From positions 2,592,001 to 2,656,000 of the forward strand of contig OY970303.1 of the NCBI GenBank assembly GCA_963716255.1: DNA of 64,000 nt, given 5' to 3'. Positions 41,727 through 51,506 of the stretch are shown piece by piece. Made by a program: the position numbers and the translations under genes. The notes beneath the pieces are model-generated. The model ran no database searches and was not told the origin of the DNA. It saw only the letters and a program-made list of their open reading frames with translations. This stretch comes from an uncultured Gemmatimonadales bacterium (lineage in GTDB: Bacteria; Gemmatimonadota; Gemmatimonadetes; Longimicrobiales; Longimicrobiaceae). How positions within the stretch are numbered: position 1 is the stretch's first letter; each line of letters begins with the position of its first letter.

Positions 41727-41855
41727 GCGTGAGGGATTTCGGCCCGAAGGGGCGAGACCGCGCGGCTGTTTGCGCGGGCTCGACTCCGTTAGCCCGCGTT
41801 GTTTGCGGGCTTACGGAGCCGAAGCCCGACCCCGGCGCCAGCCGGGGGCACGCCC
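41727..41855 (-). repeat. Structured dispersed repeat A, copy 8
   Basis: Begins 26 nt after the map stop; followed by module C and a partial B2 (41619-41682). Confidence 0.92.
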
Positions 41856-41880
41856 AAACCCGCCGTCAAAGCCGTCGCCG

Positions 41881-42660
41881 TCAAGCAGCCCCGGACGTCG
41901 CAGCCGCAGCCGCCATGCTCCCGGTCAAAAGTCGAGGCCCGGACTCGGTGATGGCGATGGTGTTCTCGTACTGGGCGGCCAGGTTCCCCTGCCCCATGGT
42001 GGCCGTCCAGCCATCCTTGAGGAACGACGCGCTCCCCGCCCGCAGCGACGCCATGGGCTCCAGCGCAAAGGTCATCCCCGGGCGAAGCTGCGGCCCGCGG
42101 CCCGCCTTGCCGTAGTTGGGCACCTGCGGGTCCTCGTGGAACGCCGTGCCGATGCCGTGCCCCACGAACTCCCGCACCACCCACAGCCCCTGCCCTTCCA
42201 CGTGCCGCTGCACCGCCGCGGACACGTCGCCCAGGCGGTTGCCGGGCTGCGCCTCGGCCAGCCCCTTCCAGAAGGCTTCCTCGGTGGTGCGCACCAGGTG
42301 CTCCGCCTCGTCGCTGACGCGGCCCACCCCGAAGGTGCGGGCCATGTCGGCGTAGAAGCCGCGGAAGATGAGGGCGAAGTCCGCCGTGACGATGTCGCCC
42401 TCCCGGAAGGGGACGTCGTCCGGGATGCCGTGCACCACCACCTCGTTGCGGGACAGGCAGATGGTGGCCGGGTACCCCTGGTAGCCGAGCTGCGCGGGCT
42501 TGGCGCCGCGCGCCACGATGCCGTCGTGGGCGATGCGGTCCAGGTCCCTGGGCGTGGTCCCGGCGCGGACCGCCTGCTCCATCTCGCCCATCACCTCGGT
42601 GAGGAGCCGGCCGGCCTCGGCCATGATCTCGATCTCGGCCGGTGTGCGTAAGCAGATCAA
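41881..42660 (-). CDS. map: Type I methionine aminopeptidase
   Basis: VVVHGIP, ADF/YADMART, GHGIG..FHEDP, ALEPM, QYENT; TTG start inferred. Confidence 0.93.
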   Translation of the reverse strand: MICLRTPAEIEIMAEAGRLLTEVMGEMEQAVRAGTTPRDLDRIAHDGIVARGAKPAQLGYQGYPATICLSRNEVVVHGIPDDVPFREGDIVTADFALIFRGFYADMARTFGVGRVSDEAEHLVRTTEEAFWKGLAEAQPGNRLGDVSAAVQRHVEGQGLWVVREFVGHGIGTAFHEDPQVPNYGKAGRGPQLRPGMTFALEPMASLRAGSASFLKDGWTATMGQGNLAAQYENTIAITESGPRLLTGSMAAAAATSGAA

Positions 42661-42789
42661 CGTGCTGCCCCTGGATGAGGGTCGGCGGCCGACGGTGCGG
42701 CGCCTCGCGATGCGTCCCGCATGAATAACGGAGATCGGGCCCGGCGCGCAAGTCGGGGGCCGCGGCGGCGATAGCGCGTGCGCGCCATG

Positions 42790-42831
42790 AAAAAGGGGCG
42801 GGGGCCCGCCGCGTGGACGGGCCCCCGCCCC
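42790..42831 (-). terminator. Intrinsic terminator
   Basis: GGGGCGGGGGCCCG/CGGGCCCCCGCCCC stem with T-run on the minus strand. Confidence 0.7.
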
Positions 42832-42877
42832 GGGCCCGGCCGCCCCGTGCGGGCGGCTCGGGTCCTGCGCGGCAGGC

Positions 42878-43240
42878 TCAGGCCTGCGGCGCGGCCTCGG
42901 TGTTCTCGGCGGCTTCGGTGTTCTCGGCGGGCGCGGGCTCGTCGTCCCGGGCGTAGTCCGGGATCTCGAAGGCAAGGTCACCCTTGCAGAACGCCTCCCA
43001 CTCCGGGGACGTCTGGTCGAAGACGACGTTCTCGTCCTTGAAGATCCCGTCGGTGACGACCAGGTTCTCCTGCAGGTAGAGGATGTCGTCGTCCTTGAGC
43101 TCGGTGCGCTCGACCTCGACCTCCTTGCCGTTCACTTCCTGCTTGTCCTTGCGCAGGCCGGCCACGTTCTCCTTCCACCCGGGAAACTTGCGGAAGTCCG
43201 CAGCATAGTAGGCCTTGCAGTATCTTCCCATCTCAGCCAT
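42878..43240 (-). CDS. Acidic hypothetical protein (MGRYCKAY...)
   Basis: SD AAGGAG; promoter TTGCAA-N17-TAGTCT (43403-43375); own terminator; GC3-rich codons. Confidence 0.85.
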   Translation of the reverse strand: MAEMGRYCKAYYAADFRKFPGWKENVAGLRKDKQEVNGKEVEVERTELKDDDILYLQENLVVTDGIFKDENVVFDQTSPEWEAFCKGDLAFEIPDYARDDEPAPAENTEAAENTEAAPQA

Positions 43241-43569
43241 CCGACGGTCTCCTTGCCAACGGTGAGGAATCGCGCCCGCCGCACCGGTCCTCCCCCGCCG
43301 CGCCTCGATTCGGTGGGTGTATCGGTTCCGGGAAGTGCGGAGGCGGGCGATGACAGCATCGCATCGTACACGACAGACTAGGCAAGATCCGCCCGAATTG
43401 CAAGGGGCACGACGAAAGGGCGCATAGGGATCAGGCAATCCCTGCCCTTCCGGTCCCGAACCCTTTTCCCCGGCGCCCGCGTATTCTATGCTGTCGCTCC
43501 CGCGGGGGCGGCGAGGAGTTTGCGAAGCCCTTCCGCGGGTGACGCTCGCATCGTGCACCGCCGGGAGAC

Positions 43570-44844
43570 ATGGAGAACTACCAGCTCGCCGTTCCGCAGC
43601 TCGCGGACGAGGAGGCAAAGCGGGTCCAGCTGGAGCGGATGAAGCTCCGGGCCACGGGGCTCCTCGTGGTCGCGGCGCTCGTCTACGTGGCCGCGCGGGT
43701 GCTGGAGGCGCGGTACCCCTGGCTGGGATACGTGCGCGCCACCGCCGAGGCGGGGATGATCGGCGGGATCGCGGACTGGTTCGCGGTCACGGCGCTGTTC
43801 CGCCACCCCATGGGGATCCCCATCCCGCACACGGCGATCGTCTCGGCGCGCAAGGACAAGATCGGCCTGAGCCTGGGGCGCTTCGTCCAGAACAACTTCC
43901 TGTCGCGCGACGTCATCGTCCACAAGCTGCGCTCCGTGGGCGCGGCCCGGAAGATGGCGGACTGGCTGGCGAACCCGGAGAACGCGCACACCCTGTCGCA
44001 GCACACCTCGGCGGCGATCACCGGGCTCATCCAGGTGCTGCGCGACGAGGACGTGCAGGAGCTCATCGACCAGAGCATCACCACGCGCGTCCGCAAGACG
44101 CAGGTGGCGCCGCTCATGGGGCAGGTGCTGGGGGTGGTGACGGCGGAGAACCGCCACCAGGAGCTGCTGGTGGCGGCGCTGCGCATGGTGGCCCGCGTGG
44201 TGGACGAGAACCGCGACGTGCTCCGCAGCCGCATCGGCGAGGAAACGCCCTGGTGGTTCCCCACGGCTGTGGACGACCGCATCTACCAGAAGGTGGTGGC
44301 CGGCATCGAGCACACGCTCCAGGAGGTGAGCGTGGACCCGGACCACCCGCTGCGCGCCCGCTTCAACGAGGCCATGGACGAGTTCGTGGAGAAGCTGAAG
44401 AGCTCGCCGGAGATGATCGCGCGCGGGGAGGCGCTCAAGGAGGAGGTGCTCCAGCACCCTGCGGTGCGCAGCTACTCGGCCTCGCTCTGGGGGGAGATGA
44501 AGGAGTCGCTGCTGCGCCACAACGCGGACCCGGAGTCGCGCTTCCGGCAGCGGGTGGAGCGGGCGGTCTCCGCCTTCGGCGAGTCGCTGCAGAGCGACGA
44601 GGACCTGCTGGGGAAGGTGGAGGGGTGGATCGAGGGCGCCGTGCTGTACGTGGTGGAGCAGTACCGCCACGAGGTCGCGGACCTGATCTCCACCACGGTG
44701 GCGGCGTGGCCGGCGGAGGACACCTCGCGCAAGATCGAGCTGCAGATCGGCAAGGACCTGCAGTTCATCCGCATCAACGGGACGCTGGTGGGCGGGCTGG
44801 CGGGGCTGATCATCTACACGCTGTCGCAGCTGTTCGGCGGGTAG
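43570..44844 (+). CDS. DUF445 family membrane protein
   Basis: GGIADWFAVTALFRHP, PHTAIV, GKDLQFIRINGTLVGG. Confidence 0.93.
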   Translation: MENYQLAVPQLADEEAKRVQLERMKLRATGLLVVAALVYVAARVLEARYPWLGYVRATAEAGMIGGIADWFAVTALFRHPMGIPIPHTAIVSARKDKIGLSLGRFVQNNFLSRDVIVHKLRSVGAARKMADWLANPENAHTLSQHTSAAITGLIQVLRDEDVQELIDQSITTRVRKTQVAPLMGQVLGVVTAENRHQELLVAALRMVARVVDENRDVLRSRIGEETPWWFPTAVDDRIYQKVVAGIEHTLQEVSVDPDHPLRARFNEAMDEFVEKLKSSPEMIARGEALKEEVLQHPAVRSYSASLWGEMKESLLRHNADPESRFRQRVERAVSAFGESLQSDEDLLGKVEGWIEGAVLYVVEQYRHEVADLISTTVAAWPAEDTSRKIELQIGKDLQFIRINGTLVGGLAGLIIYTLSQLFGG

Positions 44845-45171
44845 GTCCCGCGGCGCGCCAGGCGCGCGAAGGTCCCGCTCCCCGGCCGGGGAGCGGGACC
44901 TCGACGTGTGCGCCGGCGAGACCGGGCGGCCGGATCAGTTGAGGAACCTTCGGGACAGTCTTTTAGCGTACCGGCACCTGTCCGGAACCGCCCGGTCCGA
45001 GCGCCCCGCGCGCGATGGAAGACTCTTGATCCGCTCCCGTGCGGGATGCACTTTGCTGCTCCGCCGGACCGCTCCCCCGCGCCTCCCTCCCCTAAGTCCT
45101 CACCTACTCCCGCGCCGGTATCCGTGAAACGAGCGAAGAAGCCAGCGAAAAAGCGGGCGAAGACGCGAGCG

Positions 45172-46065
45172 ATGAAGTGGCCCGTCCGCCTGCTCGCCGG
45201 ACTGTTGGTGGCGGCGGCGCTGGCGCTCGCCGCCGTGTACGGCGTCAGCGAGGCCCGCATGCGCAGGACGTACCGCGTGGACCCGGGCCCCGTCGTCGTC
45301 CGCACCGGCGCGGACGCCGTCCGCCAGGGCGCCCACCTGGCCGTGGTGCGCGGCTGCGCCGACTGCCACGGAAAGGACCTGGCCGGGCGGACGTTCATCG
45401 ACGAGCCGCCCATGGCCCGGCTGACCGCCACCAACCTGACGGCGGGCCGGGGCGGCGTGGCCAGGGGCTACACCGACGCCGACTGGGTGCGCGCCATCCG
45501 CCACGGCGTGGCGCCGGACGGCAGGCCGCTCCTGTTCATGCCCTCGCAGGAGTTCAACCCGCTGGGCGACGACGACGTGGGCGCGCTGGTGGCCTACCTC
45601 AAGAGCCTCCCCCCGGTGGACAGCGACCACCCCGCCAACACGGTGGGGCCGCTGGGGCGGGCGCTGTTCGTGGCGGGCGAGCTGGTGCTGCTCCCGGCCG
45701 AGGTCATCGACCACGCCGCTCCACGGCCGGCGGCGCCCGCGCCGGGAGCCACCGCGGAATACGGGGGCTACCTCGCCACCGGGTGCACCGGCTGCCACGG
45801 CGCGGGCTTCTCCGGGGGCAGGATCCCCGGGACGCCGCCGGACTGGAAGGCCGCCGCCAACATCACCCCGGAACCGTCCACGGGACTGGGCCGCTGGACC
45901 GAGCAGGACTTCTTCCGTGCCCTGCGCACCGGCAAGCGCCCCAACGGCAGCGACATCGATTCGCTGATGCCGTGGAAGGGGCTGGCCACCCTGACGGACA
46001 CCGAGCTGCTGGCGCTCTGGCTGTACCTGCGGACGGTGCCGGCGAAGCCGTACGGGAATCGCTGA
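45172..46065 (+). CDS. Diheme c-type cytochrome
   Basis: CADCH and CTGCH; N-terminal membrane anchor. Confidence 0.9.
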   Translation: MKWPVRLLAGLLVAAALALAAVYGVSEARMRRTYRVDPGPVVVRTGADAVRQGAHLAVVRGCADCHGKDLAGRTFIDEPPMARLTATNLTAGRGGVARGYTDADWVRAIRHGVAPDGRPLLFMPSQEFNPLGDDDVGALVAYLKSLPPVDSDHPANTVGPLGRALFVAGELVLLPAEVIDHAAPRPAAPAPGATAEYGGYLATGCTGCHGAGFSGGRIPGTPPDWKAAANITPEPSTGLGRWTEQDFFRALRTGKRPNGSDIDSLMPWKGLATLTDTELLALWLYLRTVPAKPYGNR

Positions 46066-46085
46066 CGGCTTTGAACAGCGGGTTC

Positions 46086-46214
46086 GGGCGTGACCCCGGC
46101 TGGCGCCGGGGTCGGGCTTCGGCTCCGTAGAGCAGCAAACGACGCTGCTCAACGGAGTCGAGCCCCGCGAAACTGCCCGCGGGTCTCGCCCCTTCGGGCC
46201 GTAATCCCTCACGC
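46086..46214 (+). repeat. Structured dispersed repeat A, copy 9
   Basis: Begins 21 nt after the cytochrome stop; hairpin 1 GAGCAGC-AAACGAC-GCTGCTC. Confidence 0.92.
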
Positions 46215-46287
46215 GGACGGCTGAAACGAAGCCCGCCCCCGATCCGGTGGATCGGGGGCGGGCTTCGTCTGATGGGCCCGGGTCGGC

Positions 46288-46560
46288 TCAGGAGTTGCCG
46301 CGCTTCCTGCCGTTGTTGCCGTTTCCGTTGTTGCCGCCCTTCTTGTGGCCGCGGCCCTGGCCGTTGTTGCCGTTGGGCGTGTCGCCGTTGCGCTTCACGC
46401 GCGTGCGGTTCCGGGCGGCCGCGCCGGACGAGCCGGTGGTGCCGCGGGACACGCGCGGGCCCCAGTCCGGGGAGGTGCGGTTGTTGCCCGAGCAGGCGCC
46501 CACCGTGGCGATGGCGCAGGCGAGCGCCAGGACTCCGATTCCCCGGCGGATGTTCTTCAT
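46288..46560 (-). CDS. Small basic Gly/Asn-rich lipoprotein
   Basis: Signal peptide with VGAC lipobox; GNNG repeats. Confidence 0.7.
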   Translation of the reverse strand: MKNIRRGIGVLALACAIATVGACSGNNRTSPDWGPRVSRGTTGSSGAAARNRTRVKRNGDTPNGNNGQGRGHKKGGNNGNGNNGRKRGNS

Positions 46561-46654
46561 GGTCGGTGCTCGTTCCGGGTGACTGCGGACGCACGCGGAA
46601 AGCTGCGGCGCCTCTTCGCGGGGGAGGAATGCAAGCGCCGCGCCCGGCTCGCCC

Positions 46655-48694
46655 TCACTCCGCCGCGAACACCCCCGCCTCCCGGAGCTTCTTCAGCAGC
46701 GCGGAGCGCGCCGAGCGCTCCGTGTCGGCCAGCTCCAGCACGGTGTCCGTCACCGCCCGCACCGTTTTTCCTCCCGCCGACAGCACGCGCGCCGCGGTCT
46801 CCGCGTCCGGGCACTCCACGAGCACCGCCGGGCGCAGGCGGACGCGCCGGGTCGCCGCGAACCAGTCGCGCAGCTGGCGCACCACGTTCGCCGGGAGCTC
46901 GTGCCTGGAGGCGGCCGCCAGCGTCTCGAGCACCCGGTCCGCCGTGAAGCCGGCCTCCGCGGCGGCCAGGACCGAGCGGCGGGTGATGCGGAACAGCGTC
47001 CCCGGCCCCTTTCCCGCCCGCTCCGCGAAGCGGGCGATCCGGGCCTCCACCCCCGGCGCCGGCCCCAGGAACACCACCTCGAAGTTGGGCTGTACGACCA
47101 CCCCCGCCCCGCCCCCACCGGCGCCTTCGTACTCCAGCCGCTCCTCCGCACCCAGCAGGTACCGCCCGACCGGGGTGAGGGCGAAGGCGGGCGTGCCGTC
47201 CTCCGTGCGGCCCATGCGCGCCCCGCCCAACGGGACGAGCCGGAGCGAGATCATCGTCGCCAGCACCTCCCTCCACAGCCGCTCCCATTCCTGCCGCGTG
47301 GTGGGGCGGCCCCACTGGACCCGCAGGGCGCCGGGATTCTTGGCCAGGAGGCGCAGGAACGGATTTTCCGCGCGCCCGCGGTGATCCAGGAACGCTCCGA
47401 GCTCCAGCATCCCACCGGGTGGCACCTCCAGGAAGGCGCGCGTCACCCAGTTCCGCAGGTCCATGCCGGCGGGCGCGGTGAACCCCAGGGTGACCGGAAA
47501 GAACCCCACCTTGCTCCCGGCCCCGTACCAGCTCCCGGGGGCTCGCTCGTCCGAGCCGCGGATGGGGGCGATCAGCGCGTCCAGGCGCTCCCCGTCCGGC
47601 AGGTCCAGCCAGCGCAGACCCTTCTTGGTGGGCGCGAGGCGCAGCCCCTGTCCCGCCTTTTCGCCGGCCTTGGCGAGGTCCATCGCGTGGAGCAGCCGGG
47701 CCGCGGTCTCCACCCGCGTCTCCGGGTCCGCCCCCAGCGTCTCCGCCACCCAGTCCGGCAGGGACACCAGGCGGTCCTCGATCGCCTCCCGCGTCCGCGC
47801 GAACACGGCCCCGTCGTTCGCCCGCAGGCGGAGCGGCTCGGCCGCCGCCGCGGTGAGCACCGTGGTCATGTCCTCCAGGCGGAACGCCGCCTCGAAAGTT
47901 TCCGCCACCTCCACCGGCGCGGGCGGGCCCTGCGCGGCCCGCCGGAGGCGCACCGCCACGTCCGGCCACACCCCCACCGTGGGCACCAGGGCGTCCGTCA
48001 TGGACGCGAAGAGCAGCAGGTAGCGGAGGCACCCGCGGATCGCCGCGGCCAGCACGGCCGCGTCCACCTCCGGGAAGCGGGCCGGGAGGTCGCCCAGCGG
48101 CACCCCGGCGGGCTCGGCCACGAGGCCGCGCAGCAGGACGCGGGCGGCGTCCAGCACCGCCGCTTCCGTGAAGACGGGCGGCACGGGCAGGGATGGCTGC
48201 CCGCGCTCCCACGCCGTGGAGCGCTTGCGCTCCCAGTCGGCCACCGCTTTCGGGGACTCCGCCGCGAGCAGACCCTCCACCCACTCCTCGCCCGACACGC
48301 GGTCGGCGAGGAGCACGCGGAGGTAATAGGCGTTGGAGCCGTAGCCCTGGTCACCCAGCAGCGCCTGGAGGTCCGGCGTGGTGAACACGTCCTCCAGGTA
48401 CGTGACCAGGCCGCCCGTGGAGGGTGCCTCCCAGAGGCGGTGGTGGTCCATCGCCCGCAGCGCCGTGTGAAAGGGGCGCCAGCGCTCGGCGACGACGGCC
48501 CGGACCCCCGTTGGGCTCAGCGACACCAGCCCGGCCTTCACCAGCTCGTCGGCGCCCCCGCGCAGCTCCTCCACCCTCGCCCCCGCGACGCCCGGCTTCA
48601 TCGCCAGGTAGGCCGCGCGCACCGGCTGCGAGAGCCGCTCCCACGCGGGCATCAGGGCGACCATCCCGGCCCAGTCGATCTCGAAGTGCTTCAT
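46655..48694 (-). CDS. Helicase-associated domain protein (XPB partner)
   Basis: C-terminal VVQPNFEV...FRITRRSV...LPANVVRQLRDW; ATGA overlap with the XPB stop. Confidence 0.82.
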   Translation of the reverse strand: MKHFEIDWAGMVALMPAWERLSQPVRAAYLAMKPGVAGARVEELRGGADELVKAGLVSLSPTGVRAVVAERWRPFHTALRAMDHHRLWEAPSTGGLVTYLEDVFTTPDLQALLGDQGYGSNAYYLRVLLADRVSGEEWVEGLLAAESPKAVADWERKRSTAWERGQPSLPVPPVFTEAAVLDAARVLLRGLVAEPAGVPLGDLPARFPEVDAAVLAAAIRGCLRYLLLFASMTDALVPTVGVWPDVAVRLRRAAQGPPAPVEVAETFEAAFRLEDMTTVLTAAAAEPLRLRANDGAVFARTREAIEDRLVSLPDWVAETLGADPETRVETAARLLHAMDLAKAGEKAGQGLRLAPTKKGLRWLDLPDGERLDALIAPIRGSDERAPGSWYGAGSKVGFFPVTLGFTAPAGMDLRNWVTRAFLEVPPGGMLELGAFLDHRGRAENPFLRLLAKNPGALRVQWGRPTTRQEWERLWREVLATMISLRLVPLGGARMGRTEDGTPAFALTPVGRYLLGAEERLEYEGAGGGGAGVVVQPNFEVVFLGPAPGVEARIARFAERAGKGPGTLFRITRRSVLAAAEAGFTADRVLETLAAASRHELPANVVRQLRDWFAATRRVRLRPAVLVECPDAETAARVLSAGGKTVRAVTDTVLELADTERSARSALLKKLREAGVFAAE

Positions 48695-50376
48695 CCGCCC
48701 ACCTCGTCCGCGTCGAGGATCCGGTACTCGTAGCCCTGCTCGCACAGGAATAGCTGGCGCTTGAGGGCGAACTCCTGCTCCACCGTGTCGCGCGACACCA
48801 GCGAGTAGAAGTGCGCCTGGTTCTCGCCCGGCTTGGGGCGGAGGATGCGGCCCAGCCGCTGCGCCTCCTCCTGCCGCGAGCCGAAGGTGCCCGACACCTG
48901 CACCGCCACCGCCGCGTCCGGCAGGTCCACGGCGAAGTTGGCGACCTTGGAAACCGCCAGCACGGGGATGCGCCCCCGGCGGAACTCCTCGTAGATGCGG
49001 TCGCGCGCCCGCTGCCCGGTGTTGCCGGTGATGACGGGGACGTCCAGCTCCGTGGCGATCTCCCGCAGCTGGTCCAGGTACATGCCGACGACCAGCGCCG
49101 GCTCGTCGGGGTGCAGGCGCAGGATCTCCCGCACGACCTCCGCCTTGGCCGGGTTCTCGGAGGCGATGCGGAAGCGCTCGCGGGCCTCGGCGACGGCGTA
49201 AGGCATGCGCAGCTCCTCGGGCATGGGCACCCGCACCTCGGTGCACACCGCCTTCGCGATCCATCCCTGTCCCTCCAGGACCTTCCAGGGAACGTCCGCC
49301 TTCTTGGGGCCGATGAGGGCGAACACGTCGTCCTCGCGGCCGTCCTCGCGCACCAGCGTGGCGGTGAGTCCCAGGCGGCGGCGCGCCTGGAGCCCCGCGG
49401 TCACCTGGAAGACGGGCGCGGGGAGCAGGTGCACCTCGTCGTAGACGATCAGCCCCCAGTCGCGCCGGTCGAAGAGCTCCAGGTGCGTGAAGGGCCCCTG
49501 CGCGCTGTCGCGGTGGGTGAGCACCTGGTAGGTGGCGACGGTGACCGGCCGCACCTCCTTGCAGGCGCCGCTGTACTCGCCCACCTGGTCCGGGTGGAGG
49601 GTGGTCTTGTCCAGCAGCTCCGCGATCCACTGGCGGATGGCGGTGACGCCGGTGGTCAGCACCAGCGTGGACGCCTCCACCTCGGCCATGCACGCCATCC
49701 CCACGATGGTCTTCCCCGCGCCGCAGGGGAGCACCACCACCCCCGAGCCGCCCCGCTCCGAGCCCGCCGCGTGGAAGGCCAGAGCGGCTTCCTTCTGGTA
49801 GGTGCGCAGCGCGAAGGCGGCCCCGGAGCGCGCCTCGTCCCGCAGCCCGATGGACAGCGGCTCCCCCGGGGTGTAGCCGGCCAGGTCCTCCGCCGGCCAC
49901 CCCGCCTTGACGAGCGCCTGCTTGAGCCTGCCCCGCGCCTCCGGCTCCACCCGGAACACCGTGGCGGTGGCCCGCTCCCCCAGCAGCGGCGCCACCTGGC
50001 GGTGCCGCGCGATCTCCTCGGCCAGCGGCGCGCCCTCCGCCTCCAGGCGCAGGCCGTCCGCGTCGCGCAGCAGCCGGATCCGGCCGTAGCGCGAGGCGTG
50101 GTCGCGGATCCCCGTTTCCACGTGCGGGGGGACCGGGTACTTGGCGAGCTCCCGCAGCGCGCCGGCGATCTCCGCGGGGTCGGCGCCCATGGCGCAGGCG
50201 TTCCAGACGGAGAGCGGGGTGATGCGGTAGGTGTGGACGTGCTCGGGCGACTTTACCAGCTCCGCAAAGCGCGCGAGCTGGTCGCGCGCCTCGGCGTAGC
50301 GGGGGCTGTCCACCTCCACCAGGACGGTGTAGTCGCCCTGTACGATCAGCGGGTTCTCGGGCCTGTATCCCGTCAT
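48691..50376 (-). CDS. DNA repair helicase XPB (Ssl2/Rad25 family)
   Basis: NPLIVQGD, LPCGAGKT, DEVH, GLTATLVREDG, QRLGRILR. Confidence 0.95.
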   Translation of the reverse strand: MTGYRPENPLIVQGDYTVLVEVDSPRYAEARDQLARFAELVKSPEHVHTYRITPLSVWNACAMGADPAEIAGALRELAKYPVPPHVETGIRDHASRYGRIRLLRDADGLRLEAEGAPLAEEIARHRQVAPLLGERATATVFRVEPEARGRLKQALVKAGWPAEDLAGYTPGEPLSIGLRDEARSGAAFALRTYQKEAALAFHAAGSERGGSGVVVLPCGAGKTIVGMACMAEVEASTLVLTTGVTAIRQWIAELLDKTTLHPDQVGEYSGACKEVRPVTVATYQVLTHRDSAQGPFTHLELFDRRDWGLIVYDEVHLLPAPVFQVTAGLQARRRLGLTATLVREDGREDDVFALIGPKKADVPWKVLEGQGWIAKAVCTEVRVPMPEELRMPYAVAEARERFRIASENPAKAEVVREILRLHPDEPALVVGMYLDQLREIATELDVPVITGNTGQRARDRIYEEFRRGRIPVLAVSKVANFAVDLPDAAVAVQVSGTFGSRQEEAQRLGRILRPKPGENQAHFYSLVSRDTVEQEFALKRQLFLCEQGYEYRILDADEVGG

Positions 50377-50496
50377 CGCTCGCGTCCACGGGGATCGGTT
50401 CTGCCGCGGCGGATCGGCCGCCCGATACAGTATCGCCCGGGCCGCCTGCGGAAAAGTGGACGGAGCGAACACGGGGGGCGGCGCCGGGCGATTTCG

Positions 50497-50512
50497 TGGC
50501 AAGTGTATTGCT
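50497..50512 (+). promoter_or_regulatory. sigma54-type promoter TGGCAAGTGTATTGCT
   Basis: GG-N10-GC with TGGCA and TTGCT, 50 nt upstream of the ORF at 50563. Confidence 0.6.
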
Positions 50513-50562
50513 ATCATCGTGCTGCCACGGAGGCGGCAACCATCTGGCGCGAGCGGGGAGCG

Positions 50563-50820
50563 ATGAGCCTGGAAGAACGGACGTTCCGGTCGGAGGACGG
50601 CAGGGCCTGGACGGTGTCGCTGGATGGGTCCGGGATCGACCTGGGCGCCGCGGTGGAGAACGCGGGGGGGATGCTCCCCACGGAGGCCGTCCGCATCGTC
50701 TTCCGCTCCGGCGAGGCGACGCTCAGCGAGGAATACACGGGACTGGCCGCCGTGGAGGACCTTTCCGACGGCGACCTGCGGGGCTGGTTCAAGGCGGCGC
50801 AGCGCGGGCGGGGGCTCTGA
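50563..50820 (+). CDS. Small hypothetical protein (85 aa)
   Basis: SD GGGGAG; MSLEERTFRSEDGRAWTV; GC3-rich codons. Confidence 0.7.
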   Translation: MSLEERTFRSEDGRAWTVSLDGSGIDLGAAVENAGGMLPTEAVRIVFRSGEATLSEEYTGLAAVEDLSDGDLRGWFKAAQRGRGL

Positions 50821-50860
50821 GCTCCGCCCCGGACCCGGCGGGATCCACACGGAGGCGATC

Positions 50861-51412
50861 ATGGCGAGATACAGGTGCCCGGCGTGCCGGCGGCGGATCC
50901 CCGGCGATCATCGCTGCCATCGCTGCGGGTGGCTCCGCCTCGGCGAGGCGGACACCCCGCCGGTGGCGCCGCGGCCCTGGGGCCGCATGATGGCGGTGCT
51001 CACCATCGTCCTGGCGCTGGCCGCCGCGGGCGTGTACCGCACGAACGGCGCGGCCATCGCGGACTGGTACGCCGAGTTCGCGCTCAACAACCTCCCCGCC
51101 GGCTTCTCGTCCTTCGCGCCGGTGGACACGCCCTCCGGGGCGTTCACCGCCTGCGTGAGCCGCGTGGTCCGGAAGGTGAGCGACGCCTCCAGCGTGGAGA
51201 CCTTTCCCTCCTACTCCGCGGAAAACACCGTGGCGATGGGGGACGGGAGGTACAGCGTGCAGGCCGTGCTGGAGGGGGTGACGCTGGAGGGGGCGACGAT
51301 CCGGCGGCCGTTCAGCTGCGTGGTCCGCTTCCACGGCGGCCGCTGGGTGACGGAGAAGCTGGCCGTGGGCGACATGCCGGACCTGCTGCCCATCGCCGCG
51401 CTGCGGCTCTGA
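50861..51412 (+). CDS. Hypothetical membrane protein with N-terminal zinc ribbon
   Basis: SD GGAGG; CPAC...CHRC, one TM helix, extracytoplasmic Cys pair. Confidence 0.72.
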   Translation: MARYRCPACRRRIPGDHRCHRCGWLRLGEADTPPVAPRPWGRMMAVLTIVLALAAAGVYRTNGAAIADWYAEFALNNLPAGFSSFAPVDTPSGAFTACVSRVVRKVSDASSVETFPSYSAENTVAMGDGRYSVQAVLEGVTLEGATIRRPFSCVVRFHGGRWVTEKLAVGDMPDLLPIAALRL

Positions 51413-51506
51413 CCTCCGGTTCCCCTTGAAAGCCGGACCGCCCTCGCCGCAGCTGCGGCGAGGGCGTCTTCGTTACGGCTCCGGGATCAGTCTCGGCCTG
51501 CGAAAG

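Noticed and set aside
46655..50539. 1294-aa ORF as one giant protein
   Set aside because: Its N-terminal half is an off-frame overlap of XPB; the real gene starts at ATG 48694 with an SD and an ATGA overlap.
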